In this document: positions 1 through 9,149 of the stretch, one piece after another
How positions within the stretch are numbered: position 1 is the stretch's first letter
How the letters are laid out: every line of letters starts with the position of its first letter
Assembly: GCA_964565975.1 (NCBI GenBank)
Contig: CAZMHG010000002.1
Span: forward strand, 1 to 26,644
Length of the DNA stretch: 26,644 nt
DNA from: an uncultured Ilumatobacteraceae bacterium
GTDB lineage: Bacteria; Actinomycetota; Acidimicrobiia; Acidimicrobiales; Ilumatobacteraceae
Direction: 5' to 3'
Notes under the pieces: model-generated
Database searches by the model: none
Told to the model about the DNA's origin: nothing
The model's input: only the letters and a program-made list of their open reading frames with translations
Made by a program: the position numbers and the translations under genes

Positions 1-2
1 TG

Positions 3-428
3 CTGTCGCCCGGTGACGTCAACCTGACCTTCGGCACCTACCTGCAGTCGACCGTGGCGCTCACCATCGAGGACGACCACATCGTCGCCATCGAGGGCCG
101 CGGCGCCAACGACGTCGACGCCGCCCTGTTTCGCAGCTATCTCGACTCGTTCGGCGAGCGCAGCGCCTACGCCACCAGCCACGTCGGCTGGGGGATGAAC
201 CCGGCGGCGCGCTGGGACGTGCTCGCGCTGTACGACAAGGGCGACCTGTGGGGCACCGAGGTGCGCGCTTTCGCCGGCAACTTCCTGTACTCGACCGGCG
301 CCAACGAGAACGCCGGCCGGTTTACCGCTGGGCACTTCGACCTGCCCATGCGCCATTGCACCGTCACGCTCGACGGCGACCCGGTGGTCGTCGACGGGCA
401 ACTGATCGCCGAGTTGGCCGGGCCGTAG
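3..428 (+). CDS. 5'-truncated M29-aminopeptidase-fold protein, 2,5-dihydroxypyridine 5,6-dioxygenase (NicX)-like
   Basis: Frame is open from the window edge (LSPGDVNLTFGTYLQSTVALTIEDD...). SHVGWGMNP and GHFDLP match the metal-binding His and His-x-Asp segments of the NicX/M29 family. The start lies outside the window. Confidence 0.65.
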   Translation: MSPGDVNLTFGTYLQSTVALTIEDDHIVAIEGRGANDVDAALFRSYLDSFGERSAYATSHVGWGMNPAARWDVLALYDKGDLWGTEVRAFAGNFLYSTGANENAGRFTAGHFDLPMRHCTVTLDGDPVVVDGQLIAELAGP

Positions 429-493
429 TGCCAAGCTGAGTCGACCGAACCGGCCCGGCGGATCCCGGGAAATCAGCTCTTTGGGGGATTGAG

Positions 494-1930
494 ATGGAAG
501 GTGCGGACACCGACGCGGTTCGCCTCGGTAACAAACAGTTGGGGACGATCGACTGCGTCGCCCAGTCGCTGGCCGTCGGTCCGGTGTTCAGCGCGGTGCT
601 GCTCGGCGGGATCCTGTTCAGCCTGTCTGGCGGCGTCAGCCCGTTCGTGATCGTGATCACGTTCGTCGGCATGCTCGGCATCGGCTGGACGGTCAGCGAG
701 TTCGCCAAGCGGTACTCGGGCTCGGGCACGGTGTACGAGTTCATCGCACACTCGTTGGGCAGGCGCGCCGCCGTGTTGGCCGCCGGGGCGTACTACTTCG
801 CCGTGCTCGCCTTGTCCGGCGTCGGCATCCCCATCGTCGGTGGCTTGCTGCTGCGCGACTTCGCCCGCTCGCACTGGTCGATCAACTGGCCGTGGATCGT
901 GTGGGCGCTGATCCTGATCGCGGTGATCTTCACGATCAACACGATCGGCGTGCAGGTGTCGGTCAAGACCCAGCTCGTCGTGATCATGCTGTCGCTGATC
1001 CCGTTGGTGATCCTGTTCTTCGCCGTGGTCTTCGACGGCTCGGTGAGCAACAGCCTGCACAGCCTCAACCCCGGCAACGTCTCCGCCGGCGGCTCGGTGT
1101 TCAAGGGCTTGCTGTTCGCGATCCTGATGTACGTCGGCTTCGAGCTCGCCGCGGCGCTGGGCGAGGAGACCGCCAATCCCCGCCGTTCGATCCCGCGGGC
1201 GGTGCTGGCGACGCTCGGCATCGTCACCGTCGTGTACTTCGCCACGCAGTACCTCCTCGCGGTCGGCGCGACCGAGAGCGCCACGGACTTCATCCCGATG
1301 GCGCAGCTGTACGTCGGCCGCTGGCTGTCGATCTGGATCGAGATCGCCCTGATCCTCGACGTCATCGCCGTCGGGATCGGCTTCTGCCTGGCCGGCGCGC
1401 GTGGTGTGTTCACCCTCGGCCGTGACGGGCTGTTGCCGAAGTGGTTCGGCGGCGTCTCGCGCAACGAGCAGCCGCAGTCGGGGAACATCACCGTTTCCGC
1501 CGTCGGCATCGTGTGCGTCTTCATCGTGCTTGCCAAGTACGGCAGCGACGCCGTCGTCGGCGAGGACGGCGCGCCGGTCACGGCCCTCGCCGAGGGCGCG
1601 ATGCAGGCGTTCCTGATCTGCTCGACGATCGGCGGGTTCATCATCTCGGCGATCTACGCGCTGCTGTGCCTCGGCGCGCTGCGCAGCCAGGCCCGCCGCC
1701 CGGTCGACATTGCAGCGGCGCTGGTCGGGCTGGCGATCGCCGTGCTCGGTGTCGCCGCCCAGTTCATCGACGGGACGGCTCCCGTCGGCGACGCCAAGTG
1801 GGGCCTGTGGATCGGTCTGGTCGTGCTCGGTGTCTGCGCCGTGTGGGCCGCTGCCGCACCGCGCCGCTCCGTCGACAACGTCGCCCGTCACACCGTCCAC
1901 CACGGCCACGAGGTGCGCCACCCCGTCTGA
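494..1930 (+). CDS. APC-family amino acid/polyamine permease (478 aa)
   Basis: About 12 hydrophobic segments; APC motifs QSLAVGP..S, SGSGTVY and YVGFELAAALGEETANPRRSIPRA; GGGGA RBS upstream of the ATG. Confidence 0.9.
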   Translation: MEGADTDAVRLGNKQLGTIDCVAQSLAVGPVFSAVLLGGILFSLSGGVSPFVIVITFVGMLGIGWTVSEFAKRYSGSGTVYEFIAHSLGRRAAVLAAGAYYFAVLALSGVGIPIVGGLLLRDFARSHWSINWPWIVWALILIAVIFTINTIGVQVSVKTQLVVIMLSLIPLVILFFAVVFDGSVSNSLHSLNPGNVSAGGSVFKGLLFAILMYVGFELAAALGEETANPRRSIPRAVLATLGIVTVVYFATQYLLAVGATESATDFIPMAQLYVGRWLSIWIEIALILDVIAVGIGFCLAGARGVFTLGRDGLLPKWFGGVSRNEQPQSGNITVSAVGIVCVFIVLAKYGSDAVVGEDGAPVTALAEGAMQAFLICSTIGGFIISAIYALLCLGALRSQARRPVDIAAALVGLAIAVLGVAAQFIDGTAPVGDAKWGLWIGLVVLGVCAVWAAAAPRRSVDNVARHTVHHGHEVRHPV

Positions 1931-1956
1931 GTCACCGCTGTACCGGCCGGCGTCGA

Positions 1957-3600
1957 TCAGCCGGTGGCGAGCCGGCCGATGGTGGAGCGCAGGGTGCGCA
2001 TCCGCTCCAGTTCGGCGTTCACCGGTGTGACGACCAGGTCGTCGGCCACGCGCTGGGCAGCGTCGGTGATCCTGCGGCGGGCTGCCTCGCCGCGGACCCG
2101 GGCCGACACACGGGCAGCCTGGCGGGCGACCAACGCCACGATCCAACCGGCGATCGCGCCGCCAAGCGCCAGGATCGTCGGCAGGTGAACGCCGCGCACC
2201 TTGACCTCGGGAAGGTCGGGGAGCTTGAAGTAGTGGAACACGGCGATCGCCAACAGCGACAGCAATCCGGCCACCATCGCCGCGGTCACCGCCCATTGGA
2301 CGAGTCCGGCGATCCGCCACCAGCGCGGCTGGGACGACGGCAACGGCGTGGATCCGACCGCCCGGTCGAGCGCGTCCTCGACGTCGTCGCGGCGGGCGCG
2401 GGCGACCGCGGACAGGCGCGCCTGCCACGCGGCGGGCAGCCCGTGGCCGGCCGGCTCGACCACGCCGCGGATCGCCGCGTCCACCTCGGCTGCGGCCATC
2501 GCCGTCGGCCGGCCGAGCGAGGTGCGCGGCACGCTGCCGGCCACCGCGCCGTCGACCGACGGCTGGCGTCGCGTCAGGCCCAGGCGGCGCAACGGATCGG
2601 GCTTCAGCCGGCCGGCCCAGCGGGTGACCGGCCAGCCGGCCACCTGGCGCGAGCGGTAGCGATGGTGGGCGGCGACGGCCTCGCCGACGCGAGCCGCGCC
2701 GGCCGCGGAGGCAAACGCCCGTCCGAGCGCGGCGCGGGCGTCCTCGGGGACCTTCGCCGGGTCGGCGCCGGTGATCGCGCCGGTCAGCTGATCGGCGGTC
2801 CAGTCGATGTCGGCGTCGATGCGCGCCACGAGCGCGCGGCGCTCGGCGACGCGCGCTGCCAATTCCCGACGCAGCGCGTCCTGACCCTCGCCGGTGACCG
2901 CAGAAGCGGGCAGCACCCGCACCCCGTCCATCCCGTCGGCGGACAGCAGGCGCTGCAGATCGGCCACGGTGGCGGCGCGATGCTCCGCCGGGACGCGGTC
3001 GATCTGGTTGAGCACCACGACGGTCACCGCGGCGTGGTGCGCCAGGCCGCGCAGGTACCCCTGGTGCAGCGCGGCGTCGGCGTACTTCTGTGGGTCGACG
3101 ACCCAGCAGAACACGTCGACGACCTTGGCCAAGCGGTCGACCTCGGCCCGGTTCGCCGCGGCAACGGAGTCGTGGTCGGGCAGGTCCAGCAGCACCAGAC
3201 CGGCCAGATCGGGGTCGACGAGCACCTGGCGTTGCGGCACCTGCAGCCAATCCAGCAGATCCGTCGCCGGATCTGCCGAGCCGGTGGCGGTGAAGACCAC
3301 TGCCTGCGCGGCCGACGTGGTGGGGCGACGAACGCCGACCTGGGCAACCTCGTGGCCGGCGACGGCGTTGAACGTGGAGGACTTGCCGCTGCCCGTGGAC
3401 CCGGCGAGCGCGACGACGGTGAACTCGGACCCGTGTCCCAGCCGCTCGGTCGAGCGGGTGCGCAGCTCGGCGAGGCGGGCGAGCAGCTCTGCGGGCAGCA
3501 GGTCCGCGCCGAGCTCGCCGATCTGCCCGAGCGCGGCAAGGCGGCCCTGTAGCCGGCCGGCGACATCGCTGCGCCGTCGATCACCCCACGCCATGGTCAT
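1957..3600 (-). CDS. Dynamin-like/YfjP-type GTPase with two C-terminal TM helices (547 aa)
   Basis: G1 GSTGSGKSS, G2 RRPTT, G3 DLPDHDS, G4 NQID; two hydrophobic helices near the C-terminus; ATGA overlap with the upstream GTPase at 3597-3600. Confidence 0.8.
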   Translation of the reverse strand: MTMAWGDRRRSDVAGRLQGRLAALGQIGELGADLLPAELLARLAELRTRSTERLGHGSEFTVVALAGSTGSGKSSTFNAVAGHEVAQVGVRRPTTSAAQAVVFTATGSADPATDLLDWLQVPQRQVLVDPDLAGLVLLDLPDHDSVAAANRAEVDRLAKVVDVFCWVVDPQKYADAALHQGYLRGLAHHAAVTVVVLNQIDRVPAEHRAATVADLQRLLSADGMDGVRVLPASAVTGEGQDALRRELAARVAERRALVARIDADIDWTADQLTGAITGADPAKVPEDARAALGRAFASAAGAARVGEAVAAHHRYRSRQVAGWPVTRWAGRLKPDPLRRLGLTRRQPSVDGAVAGSVPRTSLGRPTAMAAAEVDAAIRGVVEPAGHGLPAAWQARLSAVARARRDDVEDALDRAVGSTPLPSSQPRWWRIAGLVQWAVTAAMVAGLLSLLAIAVFHYFKLPDLPEVKVRGVHLPTILALGGAIAGWIVALVARQAARVSARVRGEAARRRITDAAQRVADDLVVTPVNAELERMRTLRSTIGRLATG

Positions 3601-5339
3601 GCCTCCCGGGCCGCCGGCGACCCGCCGACCGGAAGGCCACGACGTGTGCCGTCGCTCAGCTCGGCGGCCAGCCGGCGCAGCCTGGACCCCGTGTCGGCAG
3701 GGACGCGGTTGGCCTCGAGCAGCCGCCGGAAGCGGTCGGCTTCCTCGGTGAGCAACTCCCGGAACCTGCGCTGCAGGTCGTCGCGCGCCGTGGTGGCCAT
3801 CGTGCGCACGGCCTGGTCGCCGAACATCGCTTCGAGCAGCTTCTGGCTGACCGCCGACGAACCGCCGGCGATCGCCACCTCGGCACCGGTCAGCCCACCG
3901 GTCGCGGCGAACACACCGACCATCGTCACCAGGGCCAACCCGTTGACGCCGTAGGACATCGCCCGCGCTGCGTTGCGCTTCCCCGCGCCTTCACGCTTCA
4001 ACGTCTCGAGCAGTTCGCCCTGCCAGTCGCGGACCATCCGCGACACGCGCTCGGGCAGGTCGGTGGACGGCTTGACGATGTGGCTGGTGTCGGTGCCGAC
4101 GAGCAACTGCTGGCCGGCGGGCACGCTGCGCCAGTGGGCGACGACGTCGTCGATCGCCTGGGCGACGTCCTCGGTGACCATCGTCTCCAGGCCGCTCGTG
4201 ACCGCGCCGTGGAACTGGTCGGTGCCGGTTTCCCGGCCGGTGAACACCGACGCCAGCTTGTCGCGCAGGCGGCCGATGCGCGACTGCAGCTGGCGGAGCA
4301 ACTCGCCCGTGCCGACCAGCTCGTGCCACCGGGCGAGCACCTCGCCGCGCATCACCGAGCCGTCGGCGATCTCCGCCCCCAGCCGCTGGCCGGCACCGCG
4401 GAACGCGTCGTCGACGCGGTCCGCCAGCCATTGGCGCATCGCCACCTGGTGGTCGACGTGGTCGGCCACGGTGTCGCTCTGCCGGGCCAGCTCGTCGACC
4501 GTCCCGACGAGGGTCGTGCGCACCAGTTGGGCGCGGCGGTCCTTGTCGGCGACCAGGTCGGCCAGCCAGCTGCGCAGCCCGCCGACCGACGCCGCCGGCA
4601 ACAACCCGTCGGCGGTCAGCGGCTGCTCGTCGATGGCGAACACGGGCGCGCCACCGAGGCCCTCGGCGCCGAGCATCTCGGTCAGGTGCGGGAGGATCTG
4701 CCCGGTGGCGCCGGGCGGGACCCGATTGAGCACCAAGCCGATGCCGACGCCGCGTGACCTGGCGCGGCGCAGGAACCCCCACGGCACCGCGTCGGCGTAG
4801 CGCGCCGCGGTGGTGACGAAGACCCACAGGTCGGCCGCGTCGAGCAGTTCGGTGGCCAACTCGCGGTTGGCGTCGACCACCGAGTCGATGTCCGGCGCGT
4901 CGACCACCGCCAGGTCGTTGGGCAGTGTCGCGGCGACGACCATCTGGATCTGCGTGTGGCCCGTGGGCGCACCGCCGCGCACCCGCGCCAGGCGCGGCAG
5001 GACACGCGCTCCGTCGAACCATCGCTGATCCTCGGCGCGGTGGATCAGCACGGGCGAGCGAGTCGTCGGGCGCAGCACGCCAGCGGCGGTGACCACCGTG
5101 CCGACGAGCGTGTTGACGAGTGTCGACTTCCCCGCCCCGGTCGAGCCGCCGACCACCGCGAGCACCGGCGCGTCGACGTCGCGCAGCCGCGGCACCACGT
5201 AGTCGTCGAGCTGGCGGACCGCTTGGCCGCGCACCAGGCGTGCCGTGTCGGTGCCGGGCGAGTCCAAGTCCAGCGGCGCGGCGGCGAGCGCGTCGCGAAG
5301 TTCCTCGGCCAGCGAGGTGAGGGCCTGGGTGTCGGTCAT
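3597..5339 (-). CDS. Dynamin-family GTPase (580 aa)
   Basis: G1 GGSTGAGKST, G2 LRPTT, G3 DAPDIDS, G4 NRVP, long helical stalk-like C-terminal region. Start placed at MTDTQ (ATG 5339, AGAGAG upstream) rather than the track start at 5426. Confidence 0.8.
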   Translation of the reverse strand: MTDTQALTSLAEELRDALAAAPLDLDSPGTDTARLVRGQAVRQLDDYVVPRLRDVDAPVLAVVGGSTGAGKSTLVNTLVGTVVTAAGVLRPTTRSPVLIHRAEDQRWFDGARVLPRLARVRGGAPTGHTQIQMVVAATLPNDLAVVDAPDIDSVVDANRELATELLDAADLWVFVTTAARYADAVPWGFLRRARSRGVGIGLVLNRVPPGATGQILPHLTEMLGAEGLGGAPVFAIDEQPLTADGLLPAASVGGLRSWLADLVADKDRRAQLVRTTLVGTVDELARQSDTVADHVDHQVAMRQWLADRVDDAFRGAGQRLGAEIADGSVMRGEVLARWHELVGTGELLRQLQSRIGRLRDKLASVFTGRETGTDQFHGAVTSGLETMVTEDVAQAIDDVVAHWRSVPAGQQLLVGTDTSHIVKPSTDLPERVSRMVRDWQGELLETLKREGAGKRNAARAMSYGVNGLALVTMVGVFAATGGLTGAEVAIAGGSSAVSQKLLEAMFGDQAVRTMATTARDDLQRRFRELLTEEADRFRRLLEANRVPADTGSRLRRLAAELSDGTRRGLPVGGSPAAREA

Positions 5340-5457
5340 GCTCTCTGTCGCGCCCCCGATCCGCGAGTCGTGCCGCGGCGCGGCGGCACGCCAAGTCTTG
5401 CCCGATCCCTGCAGCGCGCCACGCATTTGGCGTCGCCGGAACGCCTACGATGCCGCC

Positions 5458-6588
5458 ATGACCCGCAGGCTCACCGCAGCTCTCGCCGTCGTCGGCGGCC
5501 TCGTCGTATCACTGGCATCGGTCCCCCACGCCGACGCGACCGGCGCGACGACACCGGCAACGGTCGCGGCGCCGGCGGCAACGACCGCTTCCGGCGGCTC
5601 CACCACGGCGTCGGTCCCCGACGGTTGGGAGGCCGTGGCCACGCCGCCCACATGTCTGTGCAGCGACGGCAGCCCGTTCACCTACTTCATCCACCGCGGC
5701 AGCACCGACAAGGTGATGCTGTTCTTCGCCGGCGGTGGCGCGTGCTTCAGCGCCGACACGTGCGGCCCGGACAGCAAGCTCTACAAGCGAACGCTCGGCC
5801 CCAACGACCCGCCGCCGCTGACCGGCGACGTGGGCATCTTCGACCTGTCCAACCCGAAGAACCCGGTGAAGGACTACTCGATCGTGTTCGTGCCCTACTG
5901 CACCGGCGACGTGCACATCGGCAACAAGACGACGGACTACGGCAACGGTGTCGTGATCCAGCACAAGGGCTACGTCAACGGCACCACCGCCGTCGCCGGG
6001 CTGGCCGCGGCCTTCCCCGATGCCGGGCATGTGCTGGTGACCGGCGAGAGCGCCGGCTCGGTGCCCGACCCGCTGTACGCCGGGCTCGTCCACGACGCGC
6101 TGCCCACGGCCACGATCACGGTCCTCGGCGACGGCTCCGGCGCCTACCCGGACGTGCCGGCGGTCAACCAGGCACTCGGCACCGTGTGGGGCACCGCCGA
6201 CGCGATCCCCGCCTGGCCGCAGAACGCCGGGCTGACGCCGGCCACGTGGAGCTTCCCCGGCCTCTACGTCCAGGCGCACAAGCACGATCCGCAGATCGTC
6301 TTCGCCCGGCACGACTACGCCTACGACGGGACCCAAGCGGCGTTCGCCGGCCTGGCCGGGATCTCCAGCGACAATCTGCTGACGCTGATCGACAAGAACG
6401 AGCAGCAGATCGAGGCGTCCGGCGCGGTGGTCAACAGCTACATCGCGCCGGGTACCGAGCACACCCTGCTGCACCGGCCCGAGTTCTACACCGAGAAGGT
6501 CAACGGCGTGCTGTTCGTCGACTGGATGACCTTGTTGCTCAGCGGGACGGCCCCGGGCGACGTCCACTGCACGGTGTGCAAAGCGTGA
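5458..6588 (+). CDS. Secreted pectin-acetylesterase-family alpha/beta hydrolase (376 aa)
   Basis: Signal peptide MTRRLTAALAVVGG..., Thr/Ala linker, then CSDGS, FFAGGGAC, FVPYCTGDVH and nucleophile elbow GESAG. TACGAT -10 at 5446-5451 lies 6 nt before ATG 5458 (leaderless start). Confidence 0.8.
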   Translation: MTRRLTAALAVVGGLVVSLASVPHADATGATTPATVAAPAATTASGGSTTASVPDGWEAVATPPTCLCSDGSPFTYFIHRGSTDKVMLFFAGGGACFSADTCGPDSKLYKRTLGPNDPPPLTGDVGIFDLSNPKNPVKDYSIVFVPYCTGDVHIGNKTTDYGNGVVIQHKGYVNGTTAVAGLAAAFPDAGHVLVTGESAGSVPDPLYAGLVHDALPTATITVLGDGSGAYPDVPAVNQALGTVWGTADAIPAWPQNAGLTPATWSFPGLYVQAHKHDPQIVFARHDYAYDGTQAAFAGLAGISSDNLLTLIDKNEQQIEASGAVVNSYIAPGTEHTLLHRPEFYTEKVNGVLFVDWMTLLLSGTAPGDVHCTVCKA

Positions 6589-7016
6589 CGGCGCGTCGGT
6601 CGCTGCCGGCACCTGGCCGGTCGCCGGTGCTCCGCCGGGCGATGCTGCTCGCGGCATTGCTCGTCGCGCCGCTCGCCGTCGCCGGGCAGGCTGCCGCGGC
6701 GGACGACGGTCGTGATTGGCGATTCGTCGAGGACACCAAGGGCGTGCTGCCCGCGGCCGTACGCGGCACCGCCTGTTCGGCCACCGACACGTTCGCCCGG
6801 ACGCGATGGCGCACCGTGCTGCACTGCAGCGCCTACGTCACCCGCACAGGTCGCGCCGCGCACCACTGGTCGTACATCGTGGTCGACATCAACAGCGCCA
6901 CCGAGTGCACGACCGACGGCTACCAGTGGGGCGAGGGCGGCAGCGTGTACGCGCCCGACCAGTGCCACGGCTTCGGCAACCCGCTGTCGCGCGAACGGCT
7001 GCGCTTCCCCGGCTGA
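6585..7016 (+). CDS. Small secreted hypothetical protein with four Cys (143 aa)
   Basis: GTG at 6585 overlaps the upstream TGA (GTGA). Arg-rich N-region, hydrophobic core and AAA cleavage site form a signal peptide. No family recognised. Confidence 0.65.
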   Translation: MTARRSLPAPGRSPVLRRAMLLAALLVAPLAVAGQAAAADDGRDWRFVEDTKGVLPAAVRGTACSATDTFARTRWRTVLHCSAYVTRTGRAAHHWSYIVVDINSATECTTDGYQWGEGGSVYAPDQCHGFGNPLSRERLRFPG

Positions 7017-7052
7017 GCGTGATTGGCCGGCGACGCGGACGTCAGGCCGGTG

Positions 7053-7808
7053 TCAGGCCGGGACCTCGAGACCGGCTTGGCGCAGGAAAACAAGGCTGTC
7101 CCAGTAGTCGGTGCGCTCGGCGATCAACCCGTCGGCGAGCCGGAAGTGCATCGTTCCGGGCACGGCGACCCGACGTCCGTTGACCGTCGCGTGCAGGGTG
7201 TACGTGGCGACCGCCCGGTCGCGGCCGGCGATCACGTCGTGCACCTCGTAGCTCAGCCCGGGCATCGACGCGAGGAACCCGGGCAGCCGGCGGGCGTACT
7301 CGGCCCTTCCCGCGCAGCCGCTGCCCAGCGCCGCGGTGTGACGGTTGGCGAAGTCGTCGGCGACCCATCGCAGCACCTGCGCTGGATCGCCGGTGGCGAA
7401 CGCCGCGAGGTAGGCGCGGCACACGTCTGCCGGGCTGGCCTGGTCGGCGAACAGGCAGAACGGGTGACCGGCCGGGTCGAGCATCACGCGCACGTCGTCC
7501 TGTGGCTGGTGATCGGCGAGGCGGGCGCCCAGCGCCACCGCCCGCGCGACGCCTGCGTCGACGTCGTCGACGGCGATGTCGAGGTGGGCCGTCATCTGCG
7601 GCGCGCCCGGCTGCGCGGGCCACACCGGCGCTCGGTAGCCGGCCTCGGTCTGGAACGACAGGCCTGCGCCGCCTGCGGGGTCGCGCAGCATGGTCCAGTC
7701 ACCGTCGTCGTCGGCGACCGGCCAGCCGGTCAGCTCGGCATAGAACCCGGCCAGCGTGCTGGCATGCGGCGCGCCGAGGACGGCGGCCACGAGCCGGAAG
7801 GTGGGCAC
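7053..7808 (-). CDS. VOC/glyoxalase domain fused to a SnoaL-like (NTF2-fold) domain (251 aa)
   Basis: N-half LAGFYAELTGW...HLDIAVDDVDAGVARAVALGA...MLDPAGHPFCLF (glyoxalase-like); C-half ADVCRAYLAAFATGD...ERTDYWDS (SnoaL-like). Confidence 0.8.
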   Translation of the reverse strand: MPTFRLVAAVLGAPHASTLAGFYAELTGWPVADDDGDWTMLRDPAGGAGLSFQTEAGYRAPVWPAQPGAPQMTAHLDIAVDDVDAGVARAVALGARLADHQPQDDVRVMLDPAGHPFCLFADQASPADVCRAYLAAFATGDPAQVLRWVADDFANRHTAALGSGCAGRAEYARRLPGFLASMPGLSYEVHDVIAGRDRAVATYTLHATVNGRRVAVPGTMHFRLADGLIAERTDYWDSLVFLRQAGLEVPA

Positions 7809-7820
7809 CGGCTGGCGGCT

Positions 7821-9017
7821 TCAGGCGGCGGCGCGGTTGGCCTGGGCCTTGGCGATGACGTCGGCGCTGCCGAGCAGACCCTTGTCGTGGAGGTACGTGT
7901 AGTACTCCTCCGACAGCGCCGTCGTGGCGTTCTTGGCGGCGATCTCGACGACCTCCGGCCGGCTGGCTGCGTAGGTCGTGACGAAGAAGTAGCGCGGGCC
8001 CGTCAGGTAGTCGCCGCAGTGCAGCATCGCCGAGTTCGACACGACGATGTCGCCCGGGTCGGCCTGGACCCAGCACACGTGCCGCTCGATCTCGTCGGCC
8101 TCGACGAAGTCGCGCTGCAGGCGGGCCTGGGTGAGGACCTGGCGGTGGCGGTCGAACCATTCGGTCGGGTGGTCCAGCCCGACCCGATGGGCCTGCTCGG
8201 TGAAGCGCGCCTCGTCGTGCGAGAACGGGATGAACCCGAGCGAACCGCCGTTGATCCCGCAGTAGTGCAGGATCCGGATGATCCGCTCGTCGGGGTGCTT
8301 GACCGAGTACGGCGTCGCGTCCTCCTCGACGAGCATCCGGTAGTCGCGGTGCAGGCCCCTGGCCGAGTAGTGCGCGGCGACGGCCGACCCGAACTCGAAG
8401 GTGTTCGTGCCGATCAGCAGGTCGAGGATCTCGGTGATCTTCGGTTCGACCACGTACGGCCAGAAGCGCCGGTCGTTGAGCACCGGTGCACCGCCGGTGC
8501 CCCACTTCTTCTGCTTCGAGAACACGTCACGGAAGTCGAGCGGCTTCAACCCGGAGAAGTCAATGCAGTGCTCGTTCAGCTCGCGTGAACGGGTGGGTGA
8601 GTAGACCCTGCGGACCTTGACGATGCCGAAGCGGTTGAACAGATCGGCGATCACCTCGGGCGGATCGGTGACGTCGGCCACGCCGTGCGTCTCGATCAAC
8701 GAGAACGGGTTGACACCGCGAGACAGCTCGTCGTAGAAGATGCCGATCGGCCGCTGGGCGCGAGCGGACGGGTAGACCTTCGCCGGCGGCGTGGTCGCTG
8801 CCGTCGCTGGTTTCGGCGCCGGCACGGGGGTGGGGCGCAGTCCCAGGCGGCTGGCCAGCCTGCCGGCGCGTCGACGCGCGCCGCGCACGGCGGGCAGGCG
8901 GGCGAACTTGCGGCCTTCGCGGCGCGCCGCGCGCACGAGGGGGAGGCGGGCGATCGTGACGGCCGCGGGATAGCGCTTGAGCCGCCGGGACAAGGAGTTG
9001 GAGGGTGCCGTTGCCAC
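7821..9017 (-). CDS. PhyH-like Fe(II)/2-oxoglutarate-dependent oxygenase (about 398 aa)
   Basis: LHRD (His-x-Asp, 8343-8354) and PGDIVVSNSAMLHCG (distal His, 8013-8027). Start placed at GTG 9017, 7 nt after a TAGCCT -10 box; the 958-aa track ORF above this point is antisense to the S8 gene. Confidence 0.65.
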   Translation of the reverse strand: MATAPSNSLSRRLKRYPAAVTIARLPLVRAARREGRKFARLPAVRGARRRAGRLASRLGLRPTPVPAPKPATAATTPPAKVYPSARAQRPIGIFYDELSRGVNPFSLIETHGVADVTDPPEVIADLFNRFGIVKVRRVYSPTRSRELNEHCIDFSGLKPLDFRDVFSKQKKWGTGGAPVLNDRRFWPYVVEPKITEILDLLIGTNTFEFGSAVAAHYSARGLHRDYRMLVEEDATPYSVKHPDERIIRILHYCGINGGSLGFIPFSHDEARFTEQAHRVGLDHPTEWFDRHRQVLTQARLQRDFVEADEIERHVCWVQADPGDIVVSNSAMLHCGDYLTGPRYFFVTTYAASRPEVVEIAAKNATTALSEEYYTYLHDKGLLGSADVIAKAQANRAAA

Positions 9018-9149
9018 GGTGTCCAGGCTACTGCGGGGAGCTTCGCCGAGGGTGGAGGACGGCCGGGGCGCATTGGCTGTATCAGCGCGGTCGAGCCGGG
9101 TTCTGTGAGCCATCGACCCGATACCCGGGTCGCTCAGATCGGAGTCATC

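Noticed and set aside
473-3552. Long track ORFs 473-3250 (-, 925 aa) and 1441-3552 (+, 703 aa)
   Set aside because: Arg/Gly/Pro-rich shadow frames of the permease and GTPase genes, expected in high-GC DNA; no motifs.
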